From: Clostridia bacterium
GTDB lineage: Bacteria; Bacillota; Clostridia; Christensenellales; SZUA-584
Direction of reading: 5' to 3'
DNA length: 64,000 nt
NCBI GenBank assembly: GCA_018648645.1
Contig: JABGQS010000003.1
Span: 1,791-65,790, forward strand
The stretch's first letter is position 1, and each line of letters begins with the position of its first letter. Below are positions 27,490-35,813 of this stretch, piece after piece. The notes below the pieces were generated by a model. That model worked only from the letters and a program-made list of their open reading frames with translations, ran no database searches and was not told the DNA's origin. The position numbers were made by a program, and so were the translations under genes.

Positions 27490-28776
27490 CTACTGTTCGT
27501 AATCGCTGCCAACCTGCTCTACAATAAATGAGAAGCCGACGGGGTGCACATATAAGAATATATAATAGTCATCCTCAAACCACTCAGCAACAAAGGCGTC
27601 GCTGAAATTCGACTCCTCTCTTACGTCAGGCTCACCGAGCACATCAAATACAGCGATAATTTCATCACACTTTTCCTCAGTCGTCCTCTCGTCAAAGGTG
27701 CTAAAAGCATCAGCATAAACGATCATTTTATTCAGCGTGTTTTCTTCAAAGATATAGTGAAACTCCGAATCAAACCCGAAGAATAGTCGTTTCTTATAGG
27801 CATAAATAGTCGCGTCCTCATTAGTGTTATCCAAAAATATTCTTTTTGCCGCTTCTCCTTCATCGTGAGTTACCTGCTCCACACTGTCTCCAAAACGGTG
27901 TCCCCTAAGCAGTATTTCTCCGTCAACAAGAATTGTATACGCGTTCTTGAACCTATCGTCCAGTATGGGATACTCCTTCAATAAGGTATATTCCTTCTCA
28001 ATATCTCCGCATCTGATCATTATCGTGTTCTCATCCTCAAGATCCCCTGCCGGCAGATAATAACTATACTGCTGAACAAAATATGTTTCCTCCCAAAAGG
28101 AGCCTAAGCTTCTGCGATTGTACGAATACATATCAGCATAACTATTGCCGTTTAACAGCAGCTCAATAGGCTGCGGTGTTCTTTCCGATACTATATCCAC
28201 TCTCACAACTCCCGAATCAATATAAGTATCGATTATTGACAGGCTGCCGGGATTATCGCTATTGTCAAACCTAAAGATGTCTTCTCCGACAACAAGCGCA
28301 TCCAGATTCGCGTCCCTTCTATCATCGAATTGACTTCTGATCCAGTTGAAAGAGAACGTGTTAAGAAAAGCGAATATGAACAAAGCCGGTATAAGTGAAA
28401 TAAAAACGATACCGGCAACTCTGCCGCGACCACCTCTTTTTAACTGTTTCTTCTTGAGCAAGGACTTATCAAGCCGCCTGAACTTCGTTAGCTTATAATC
28501 CAACATAATTATCAGCGGCAGCAATAGAATAAACAAAGTGAGCAGGTCAACTCTGTAATTCCAAAAATCATGACCCGGAAGGACTCTTGGCAAAACCAAG
28601 CATACTATTAACAATACGGGCAATAACCAGTAAATCACTTCTGTGACATTACCTCTTTGCGGTGTATAATATTTCTCCTCATTCTTTTCCTTATAAAGAT
28701 TAAATCCCCTAAACGTAAGAACATAGCTCCAAAAAGTAGGTTTATCCAAATCAGACTCTCTTTTCTTATTTTTCAA
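27490..28776 (-). CDS. hypothetical membrane protein (about 3 TM plus an extracytoplasmic acidic domain)
   Basis: 428-aa ORF. Hydrophobic segments VIYWLLPVLLIVCLVL, LLTLFILLLPLIIML and VAGIVFISLIPALFIFAFL. AT-rich coding sequence. No family recognised. Confidence 0.6.
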   Translation of the reverse strand: MKNKKRESDLDKPTFWSYVLTFRGFNLYKEKNEEKYYTPQRGNVTEVIYWLLPVLLIVCLVLPRVLPGHDFWNYRVDLLTLFILLLPLIIMLDYKLTKFRRLDKSLLKKKQLKRGGRGRVAGIVFISLIPALFIFAFLNTFSFNWIRSQFDDRRDANLDALVVGEDIFRFDNSDNPGSLSIIDTYIDSGVVRVDIVSERTPQPIELLLNGNSYADMYSYNRRSLGSFWEETYFVQQYSYYLPAGDLEDENTIMIRCGDIEKEYTLLKEYPILDDRFKNAYTILVDGEILLRGHRFGDSVEQVTHDEGEAAKRIFLDNTNEDATIYAYKKRLFFGFDSEFHYIFEENTLNKMIVYADAFSTFDERTTEEKCDEIIAVFDVLGEPDVREESNFSDAFVAEWFEDDYYIFLYVHPVGFSFIVEQVGSDYEQ

Positions 28777-29060
28777 TTTCTATAGCCTTCCACAACCGAC
28801 ATAACATTCACTTACAGGTGTCCCAAAAGATTTCACTGTACATTATATTAACATTAATATGCAATCTGTACAATCCCAAACACTTAAGATATATTAAAAG
28901 TAGCTGAACAGATATGCAAAATTATGGCTCCCCCGGTTGCGGCAAGATTTTCTTAAATTGTTCTTTGTTTTGTCACATAAAACTTGTTGAGAAGTTCGTG
29001 CTAAATATGTTATAATAATGAAGGAATCAAACACTAATTTTACAAACGGAGCAGACATCT

Positions 29061-29483
29061 ATGAATATACTCTTCTTTTTGAAACCAAAGGTGGATTTAG
29101 CCTATCTAGATGAAAACTGTACTCTTCGCCAAGCACTGGAGAAAATCAAGCACTATGGGTTTGCTGCTGTTCCAGTTATCGACGCGAAAGGCAAATATGT
29201 CGGTACGATCAGCGAGGGCGACCTTTTGTGGGAAGTGCTCGATAAAGAGAACAAAGACAAGAGCGGCGCTATGAAACGCCGCGTAAAAGAAATCATTGGC
29301 GGTCGGCAGCACGTTCCGGTCAACGTCAACTCAGACATACACGACCTGTTCCTAAAAGCGATAGAACAAAACTTTATCCCTGTCACCGACGACAGAGATA
29401 TGTTTATAGGAATCGTCACTCGCAGAGACGTCCTAAAATACTATTACTACGAAGAATTTCTTAAAACCGAACAACCCGTATAA
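29061..29483 (+). CDS. CBS-domain pair protein
   Basis: 140 aa with two CBS-like halves (AVPVIDAKGKYVGTISEGDLL, FIPVTDDRDMFIGIVTRRDVL). The upstream promoter has TGtTATAAT. Confidence 0.8.
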   Translation: MNILFFLKPKVDLAYLDENCTLRQALEKIKHYGFAAVPVIDAKGKYVGTISEGDLLWEVLDKENKDKSGAMKRRVKEIIGGRQHVPVNVNSDIHDLFLKAIEQNFIPVTDDRDMFIGIVTRRDVLKYYYYEEFLKTEQPV

Positions 29484-29542
29484 TCATTTATAACACAGCT
29501 AAGCAGCAAAAAAACTTTAGCAAACAAAGGGAGGATAACTTT

Positions 29543-30094
29543 ATGGGATATTGGATCGCCGGAGGTGTTTTGGCAGTCATTATTATTTGGATTATTGCTT
29601 CATATAATGGCTTTGTCAAGCTAAAGAACAGTATAGAGGAAGCGTTTTCTACGATGGACGTCTACCTCAAAAAGAGGTACGACCTGATACCAAACCTGGT
29701 AGAGACGGTCAAGGGCTACGCTAAGCACGAGAAAGAAACACTAGAGAGCGTGATACAGGCAAGAAACATTGCTGTGGGCGCTAAGAGTGTCGAAGACAAG
29801 CTCGCGGCAGACAACATGCTGACAGGCACGCTTAAAAGCCTCTTCGCCGTTGCAGAAAGCTACCCCGACCTTAAAGCAAACATAAACTTCATGGACTTGC
29901 AAGAACAGCTGCAAGAAATTGAAGACGAAATCGCGAACTCGAGAAAGTATTATAATGCCGTTGTCAAAACATACAACACGAGAAGAGAAGTCTTCCCGAG
30001 CGTTATTATCGCGAAGCTCTTCAAGTTCGACAAAAAGCCGTTGTTCGAAGTCAGCAGTGACGAGCAAAGAGAGAACGTACAGGTCAAGTTCTAG
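29543..30094 (+). CDS. lemA: LemA-family protein
   Basis: N-terminal TM, then YNGFVKLKN...RYDLIPNLVETVKGYAKHEKETLESV...YYNAVVKTYNT. Confidence 0.9.
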   Translation: MGYWIAGGVLAVIIIWIIASYNGFVKLKNSIEEAFSTMDVYLKKRYDLIPNLVETVKGYAKHEKETLESVIQARNIAVGAKSVEDKLAADNMLTGTLKSLFAVAESYPDLKANINFMDLQEQLQEIEDEIANSRKYYNAVVKTYNTRREVFPSVIIAKLFKFDKKPLFEVSSDEQRENVQVKF

Positions 30095-30125
30095 CAGGCT
30101 TAGCGTTTTTCGAAAGGTCGATAAC

Positions 30126-32072
30126 ATGAAAAAGATTTTATTTCTGGTGCTGCTCATTCTACTTGTCGTGGGGTTTTCTTCTACAGCAATTGCGGACGAA
30201 GCGTACATCATCACAGACTATGATGTGCATATTGTCGTATCGGAAAACAACGTACTCGACGTTGTAGAGCGCATGACTCTAGATTTTTCGCAAGAACGCC
30301 ACGGCATCTACTACTATCGCCAATATAGAGGCAGTAAATATAATGTGATAGAAGGAGAAGTGGTCGAGTCGCCTTTCTGGTATAAAATAAGCGATTTTAA
30401 AGTGCTGAACAACAAGTTTGGCAAATCAACTTACGTTGAGAATGGCGATTACTTTTTGATCTCAAAAATTGGCGACGCGGATGTATTCGTTTATGGTGAG
30501 CAGGAATACATCATCACATATAAAAGCGCGCTTAATGACGACGGTTTCAGCGAGTTCGACGAGTTCTATCAAGACCTCATATACTGCGAATACGGGGACA
30601 CCATCGAAAACGCGAGCTTTATAATCGAGTTCCCGGAGGATATTGACGCACAGGAAGTTGCTGCGTATATGGGCGAGTACGGCGCAGCAAACGGCAGCGG
30701 CGTGTTCTTTGAAGTGGATGGCAACGTCATCCGCGGCTACACATTGCAGCCAATGTACGGTGGCGACATTCTGACGGTACGGGCAGAGCTGCCAAACGGC
30801 TATTTCACCGATGTATATGACCCGATGCTGTTTTGGAAAATTCTCGTTTTCGGCGTCAGCGGCGCATGTGCACTGCTTGCGCTTATGCTGTGGCTGGCGT
30901 TCGGTAACGATCGCAAAGTCTACCCAACGGTAGAGTTTTACCCTCCAAAAGGCATGACGTCAGTCGAAGCCGGTTATATAATCGACGGCGACACAGACGA
31001 TAAAGACGTGATTTCACTGCTCATATACTGGGCAGATAAAGGCTACATTAAAATCACCGAGCACAACAAGAAAGACATCGACCTGCAAAAGCTGAAGGAA
31101 ATTGACGGCGGTGCAAAACGGTTCGAGCGAGACCTTTTCCACGCGCTGTTTGCAGCCGGCGATATCGTAAGCATAGCTACACTCAAAAACACATTCTACA
31201 CAAAGATGCAAGCGGCAAAAACCGGCGTAAAGAACTATTACGAGTCGGTGAAATCGCGCAGGATTTTCACAAAGCAGTCCAAAAAAGCAAGATCGTTTAT
31301 GGGTCTTATCACTATGGCGCCGATTGCAATAGCCATGTACATGTTTATGTACACATCAACGACAGACTTTATTTGGACCATAGTTGTAACAGTTGCGGTT
31401 TCGATTATCATATCCATTCCGGTCTTCATGCTGGTGCGTCTTTTCGAGCGTTGGCGTTCAACAGAGCCGGGCAAAAAAGTCGGCAAGTTGATTTTTTCAC
31501 TCGTTTTGCTCGGTCTTGCGTTTGGCGTCTATATCATCGGCGTTCCTCTCATCTTTTCCGATTCGGTCGGCTACGGCTTTGGGAACATGATTACGCTGAT
31601 AACAACGGCAGCATCGTTGTTCCTGATGTGGATGGCATCCATTATGAAAAAGCGCAGCAAGCAGGGCGGGGAATGGTACGGCAAATTGTTAGGGTTTAAA
31701 AACTTTATCGAGAAAGCGGAGAAAGACCGCATACTTTTGCTGGTTGAAGAAAACCCTTCCTATTTCTATAACGTGCTGCCATTCGCTTATGTGCTCGGCG
31801 TAACCGACAAGTGGTCAAAGAAGTTCGAAGGCATCGCGGTAACTCAGCCGGACTGGTACACCGGATATAATGGTGATATGTTTACGACCACGATGTTTGC
31901 ATCGTCCATGACAAGAAGCATGTCAAGCATCCAAAGCGTAGCGACTTCGCGTCCATCGTCAAGCGGCAGAAGCGGCAGCGGGGGAAGCGGATTCTCGGGC
32001 GGCGGATTCTCGGGCGGCGGCGGATTCTCTGGCGGTGGCGGCGGTGGCGGCGGTGGCGGCGGCAGCTGGTAG
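30126..32072 (+). CDS. DUF2207-family membrane protein with C-terminal Gly-rich tail
   Basis: Track ORF 29919-32072, trimmed to ATG 30126 (MKKILFLVLLILLVVGFSSTAIA signal). Extracytoplasmic N-domain, 3-4 TM, tail GGFSGGGFSGGGGFSGGGGGGGGGGGSW. Paired with LemA, as is typical. Confidence 0.75.
   Translation: MKKILFLVLLILLVVGFSSTAIADEAYIITDYDVHIVVSENNVLDVVERMTLDFSQERHGIYYYRQYRGSKYNVIEGEVVESPFWYKISDFKVLNNKFGKSTYVENGDYFLISKIGDADVFVYGEQEYIITYKSALNDDGFSEFDEFYQDLIYCEYGDTIENASFIIEFPEDIDAQEVAAYMGEYGAANGSGVFFEVDGNVIRGYTLQPMYGGDILTVRAELPNGYFTDVYDPMLFWKILVFGVSGACALLALMLWLAFGNDRKVYPTVEFYPPKGMTSVEAGYIIDGDTDDKDVISLLIYWADKGYIKITEHNKKDIDLQKLKEIDGGAKRFERDLFHALFAAGDIVSIATLKNTFYTKMQAAKTGVKNYYESVKSRRIFTKQSKKARSFMGLITMAPIAIAMYMFMYTSTTDFIWTIVVTVAVSIIISIPVFMLVRLFERWRSTEPGKKVGKLIFSLVLLGLAFGVYIIGVPLIFSDSVGYGFGNMITLITTAASLFLMWMASIMKKRSKQGGEWYGKLLGFKNFIEKAEKDRILLLVEENPSYFYNVLPFAYVLGVTDKWSKKFEGIAVTQPDWYTGYNGDMFTTTMFASSMTRSMSSIQSVATSRPSSSGRSGSGGSGFSGGGFSGGGGFSGGGGGGGGGGGSW
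31961..32069 (+). repeat. GGC/GGT-rich low-complexity coding repeat (poly-Gly/Ser tail)
   Basis: Read directly: ggcggattctcgggc units followed by (ggcggt)n. Confidence 0.85.
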
Positions 32073-32097
32073 CACCGTACGTTTAGTCAAATATTTA

Positions 32098-32129
32098 AGA
32101 CATCGCGCAGTTGTGCGGTGTCTTTTTTA
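32098..32129 (+). terminator. rho-independent terminator
   Basis: Stem gacatcgcgc / gtgcggtgtc with two G-U pairs and loop agtt, followed by tttttt. Confidence 0.8.
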
Positions 32130-32236
32130 CTTTGCTTGCTTCAAGAAAACTGCTGCAAAGCATGTACCGCCAACATATTAATAGCAAATTGCGCACAAAT
32201 TTGGTATAATACTAACAAGACAATTTGAGGTGAGAT

Positions 32237-32893
32237 ATGGATTTATTACAAATTTTCTTTCGAATAGGCGCTTCCGTAATTATCGGCGCTGTGGTCGGGC
32301 TTCAGCGCGAGTACAGCAACAACCCGGCAGGCTTTCGCACGCACATGCTTGTGGCAATCGGCGCGTGCATCGCGATGATAACCAATGAGCTGCTGCTTGC
32401 CCAATTTGGAGCGGCAAACGTTAACGTCGCGCGTATGGGCAGCTACGTCATATCGGGCATCGGCTTCCTTGGCGCGGGCAGCATCATCAAGGACAGGAAC
32501 CGCGTGCGGGGTCTCACAACTGCGGCAGGGCTTTGGGTTACTGCGTGCCTCGGCATCACGGCTGGTGCAGGGTTCTATCTGGCTGCACTTATTGGAACAG
32601 TGTTTGTTTTCATAATAATTGCTGTGATGAAGATACTTGAGAAAAAGTTGTTCAAAGAGAGAAGGCAAATCAAAGTCAGTGTGCGCAATAAAACAGCAGA
32701 GCTGCCCGAAATTATCAAAGCGTTGTCAGGCATCGGCGCGTCGGTGGAAGATGTAAAGGTAGTTAAGGTGGACGACGAATACAGCGACACACTGATAAAA
32801 TTAACACTTGGGAGCAAAAACCCCACCGACACAATACTGGAGATTCTGGCGTGTATGCACAATGTAAGCGTCAACTCAATAAAGATTCATTAG
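32237..32893 (+). CDS. MgtC/SapB-family protein
   Basis: VVGLQREYSNNPAGFRTHMLVAIGA ... GIGFLGAGSII ... GLTTAAGLWVTA, plus a C-terminal ACT-like domain. Confidence 0.9.
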   Translation: MDLLQIFFRIGASVIIGAVVGLQREYSNNPAGFRTHMLVAIGACIAMITNELLLAQFGAANVNVARMGSYVISGIGFLGAGSIIKDRNRVRGLTTAAGLWVTACLGITAGAGFYLAALIGTVFVFIIIAVMKILEKKLFKERRQIKVSVRNKTAELPEIIKALSGIGASVEDVKVVKVDDEYSDTLIKLTLGSKNPTDTILEILACMHNVSVNSIKIH

Positions 32894-32931
32894 CGTATTT
32901 AGCGACATATAAAAATAAAGCTGAGGTATTA

Positions 32932-33612
32932 ATGAGAGACAAGCAACTTGCACGATTGATGGACATAACGCTGGTCACCAATATGAACACGCGAAGCGAG
33001 ATTGACGAGCTGATCGCGGCGGCAAAAAAGTATCGGTGTGCTTGCGTTTTTATTATGCCGTGTTATCTCGAATATACGGCAAAAGCGCTGTCCAAATTCA
33101 CCGACGTTCACATCGGCGGCGTCATGGGCTTCCCATACGGCATGGACTTCACGGACATCAAAGTGGCGCAAACGAAGCGCAATATACAGCTTGGCGCAGA
33201 CGAGCTCGACATGGTGATGAACTTAGGGCTGCTTCTGTCCGGCGAGTTTGAGCGCGTCCGTGACGACATCAAAGCGTGCGTTGACGTTAGCGAAAACCGT
33301 CCCGTAAAGTGCATCATCGAGACGCCGCTGCTAAGTACCGACAACATCAAAAGAGCGAGCGAGCTCGTTGTGGTTGCGGGCGGCACCTACGTCAAAACCA
33401 GCACCGGCTTTTTTGGCGCTACAGAGATAGATCACGTTAAAACCATTAAAAGCGTTGTCGGCGACGACGCCCTCATCAAAGCAGCAGGCGGTGTTCGCAC
33501 GGCAAAGCAGATTGACGCGTTCATTGATGCCGGCGCAAACCGCTTTGGCATAGGGCTGCAAAGCGCAGTGAATATTCTCGAAAACAACAAAGAGGTGCTG
33601 TCAGACTATTAG
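32932..33612 (+). CDS. deoC: deoxyribose-phosphate aldolase
   Basis: Trimmed to ATG 32932 (MRDKQLARLMD). DMVMNLG and Schiff-base Lys context YVKTSTGF. Confidence 0.85.
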   Translation: MRDKQLARLMDITLVTNMNTRSEIDELIAAAKKYRCACVFIMPCYLEYTAKALSKFTDVHIGGVMGFPYGMDFTDIKVAQTKRNIQLGADELDMVMNLGLLLSGEFERVRDDIKACVDVSENRPVKCIIETPLLSTDNIKRASELVVVAGGTYVKTSTGFFGATEIDHVKTIKSVVGDDALIKAAGGVRTAKQIDAFIDAGANRFGIGLQSAVNILENNKEVLSDY

Positions 33613-33670
33613 ACAACACCTCTATAAAATTCCTACGCACATTTAATTTCTGACTACACCGTTTTGCAAC

Positions 33671-34237
33671 TTAAACTTTATCCTCAACGTCAACATCATC
33701 CAATTTGCGAAACCATAAATGATGATCGACGCCCTCCGCCCAGTAATCCTTCATTATAATGCTCGGTTTCCCAAGTATATTGAGCCACACTTGCTTGGCA
33801 ATGTCATACCCGCTGTCCAGCCAAAACTCGTCTATGCCTTTTGCACGCAATGTTTGATATATGCGATTTAGCAGCAGCTTAGCGATGCCCTTGCCTTGAA
33901 GCTCGGGCAATACGTACACCGAGCCTATCTCGAGCATTCCGCTTGTGTCCCTGTCCGCGCACTCTCGTATGATATCGCTGCATGGCCTCACGCATATCGT
34001 TCCAACGACTTGACCCTTGTGCTGCGCAATAAGAAAGAAGCACTGCTGTCCGTCTGTGTCAATGTCCAGATCAATCAGATTCTGCTGGTCTGCAATAAGC
34101 TTGCCTATCAGCTCAAACTCTTCGCCGACGCCTTCAAGCTCAAATGTATGCCGAATGACAACATCAAAGAGCGCATGGATTTGCGCGCGTTCTTGCATTT
34201 TCGGTCTTCTTATTATTATACCGGTCATATCAGCCAT
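33671..34237 (-). CDS. GNAT-family N-acetyltransferase
   Basis: Acetyl-CoA box VLPELQGKGIAKLLLNRIYQTLRAKG. Start ambiguous between ATG 34237 and ATG 34228. The longer track start has no support. Confidence 0.75.
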   Translation of the reverse strand: MADMTGIIIRRPKMQERAQIHALFDVVIRHTFELEGVGEEFELIGKLIADQQNLIDLDIDTDGQQCFFLIAQHKGQVVGTICVRPCSDIIRECADRDTSGMLEIGSVYVLPELQGKGIAKLLLNRIYQTLRAKGIDEFWLDSGYDIAKQVWLNILGKPSIIMKDYWAEGVDHHLWFRKLDDVDVEDKV

Positions 34238-34368
34238 CCCGTCATTGATATCGTGTAGATTACTCTTCGCATTCAATACTAACGCAGAGCATCTTGTTTG
34301 TCCAGATATGCGCCTTGTTGAAGGGATATCTGCGCACACGGTAATCTTACCCAAGTGAGTATATATTG

Positions 34369-34397
34369 TTGACACACGGCTGATTGTATGGTACTAT
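34369..34397 (+). promoter_or_regulatory. sigma-A-type promoter of the infC operon
   Basis: TTGACA (34369-34374), 17 nt, TACTAT (34392-34397) with TGg immediately upstream. Confidence 0.7.
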
Positions 34398-34399
34398 CA

Positions 34400-34510
34400 G
34401 AAAGCTTGAAAGAAGAAACCACCCGTTTCTCACCTGTCGGCACTATGCCAGGCACGGTAAGCGATGATAAATCGTTATGTTAAACGGGTAAAGTTTACCC
34501 GTTTTTTGTT
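34400..34510 (+). promoter_or_regulatory. candidate L20-leader-type attenuator upstream of infC-rpmI-rplT
   Basis: About 140-nt leader ending in an intrinsic terminator: stem aaacgggta / tacccgttt at 34482-34504 plus a T-tract to 34507, 37 nt before the infC RBS. Position and architecture fit the Firmicute L20 leader. The covariance model was not run. Confidence 0.55.
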
Positions 34511-34557
34511 TACATAAAATGTGTAAACATTTGCAAACTATTTAGGAGGTGTTTCTC

Positions 34558-35067
34558 ATAGCAAACGAGCTACAAACAAATGAACAAATTAGAGACAGAA
34601 ATGTACGAGTGATAGCAGACGATGGCGAGCAGCTTGGCGTGATGACTTTACGCGAGGCTCAGGACATTGCCTACGATAAAGGACTTGATCTTGTTAGAGT
34701 ATCACCGCATGCAAATCCGCCGGTGTGCAAGATTATGGACTATGGCAAGTACCGTTTTGAGCAAGCGAAAAAACAAAAGGAAGCGAAGAAGAACCAAAAG
34801 ATTATTGTGCTGAAAGAGATGCGGCTTTCCGCAACTATCGACAAGCACGATATGGAAGTTAAGGCGAAGCACGTCAACAAGTTTCTAAAAGCGGGCGACA
34901 AAGTAAAAGTGTCGATTCGTTTCAAGGGAAGACAAATGACACATACCGAAAAAGGGCGGAAAGTGATGAACGAGTTTCTTACCATGGTCGAAGAAAACGG
35001 CGTGATGGAAAAGAGTGCAAAGCTTGAAGGCAGAAGTATGTTCATGATATTAGCACCAAAGAACTAA
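34558..35067 (+). CDS. infC: translation initiation factor IF-3 (apparent ATA start)
   Basis: [28 protein letters not shown]... AGGAGG at 34544-34549 is 8 nt from ATA 34558. It overlaps the track's GTG at 34549-34551 (shared G at 34549), leaving no spacer. Confidence 0.9.
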   Translation: MANELQTNEQIRDRNVRVIADDGEQLGVMTLREAQDIAYDKGLDLVRVSPHANPPVCKIMDYGKYRFEQAKKQKEAKKNQKIIVLKEMRLSATIDKHDMEVKAKHVNKFLKAGDKVKVSIRFKGRQMTHTEKGRKVMNEFLTMVEENGVMEKSAKLEGRSMFMILAPKN

Positions 35068-35086
35068 CGAGGAGGAAATACGCGTA

Positions 35087-35284
35087 ATGCCAAAAATTAA
35101 GACGCACAGAGGCGCAGCAAAAAGATTTTCACTTACCAAGAGCGGCAAAGTGAAAAGGGGAAAAGCATATAGAAGCCACATTCTTAACAAGAAGAGCACT
35201 AAGAGAAAAAGAAATCTTAGACACGGTACTTTTATTGCATCAGCAGAGGAAAAGAACATTAAGAAGCTTATTCCTTACAAATAG
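35087..35284 (+). CDS. rpmI: 50S ribosomal protein L35
   Basis: [14 protein letters not shown]... Confidence 0.95.
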   Translation: MPKIKTHRGAAKRFSLTKSGKVKRGKAYRSHILNKKSTKRKRNLRHGTFIASAEEKNIKKLIPYK

Positions 35285-35305
35285 TATTATAACAGGAGGA
35301 CGGAC

Positions 35306-35665
35306 ATGGCAAGAGTTAAAGGGGCGAAGAACGCCCGAAAGAAGCACAAGAAGATACTAAAGCTCGCGAAAGGATATTTCGGGGCAAAATCAAAACAGTA
35401 TAAAGCGGCTAACCAAGCGGTTATGAAGTCGATGAGATATGCCTATGTTGGCAGGAAGCTCAAGAAGAGAGATTATCGCAAGCTTTGGATTGCAAGAATT
35501 AATGCAGAAGCGCGAATCAACGGCATCAGCTACAGCAGAATGATCAACGGTCTCAAGATTGGGCAAGTGCAGGTCAACCGAAAGATTTTAGCTGACATGG
35601 CTGTAAACGACAAAACCGCGTTTGCAAGCATGGTGACCTTGGCAAAGAGCAAACTTAATGCTTAA
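35306..35665 (+). CDS. rplT: 50S ribosomal protein L20
   Basis: [26 protein letters not shown]... Confidence 0.95.
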   Translation: MARVKGAKNARKKHKKILKLAKGYFGAKSKQYKAANQAVMKSMRYAYVGRKLKKRDYRKLWIARINAEARINGISYSRMINGLKIGQVQVNRKILADMAVNDKTAFASMVTLAKSKLNA

Positions 35666-35684
35666 AACTTATACTTTGATTTAG

Positions 35685-35724
35685 AAAGCCAAAGCAGGTA
35701 AGCAAAAGCCGCTTTGGTTTTTTT
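35685..35724 (+). terminator. rho-independent terminator after rplT
   Basis: Stem ccaaagc / gctttgg with extension, followed by ttttttt. The loop is large (about 15 nt). Confidence 0.6.
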
Positions 35725-35813
35725 GTACCCTTTTTTGCGAGTGCCGAAAATTGCATTAACCGCATATTCATGATAAATGTTGACAAACTCAATAGCGATA
35801 ATGGAGGTACGTT

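Noticed and set aside
29919-30125. Upstream extension of the DUF2207 ORF overlapping lemA
   Set aside because: It overlaps the 3' end of lemA in another frame. A classic signal peptide begins at ATG 30126.
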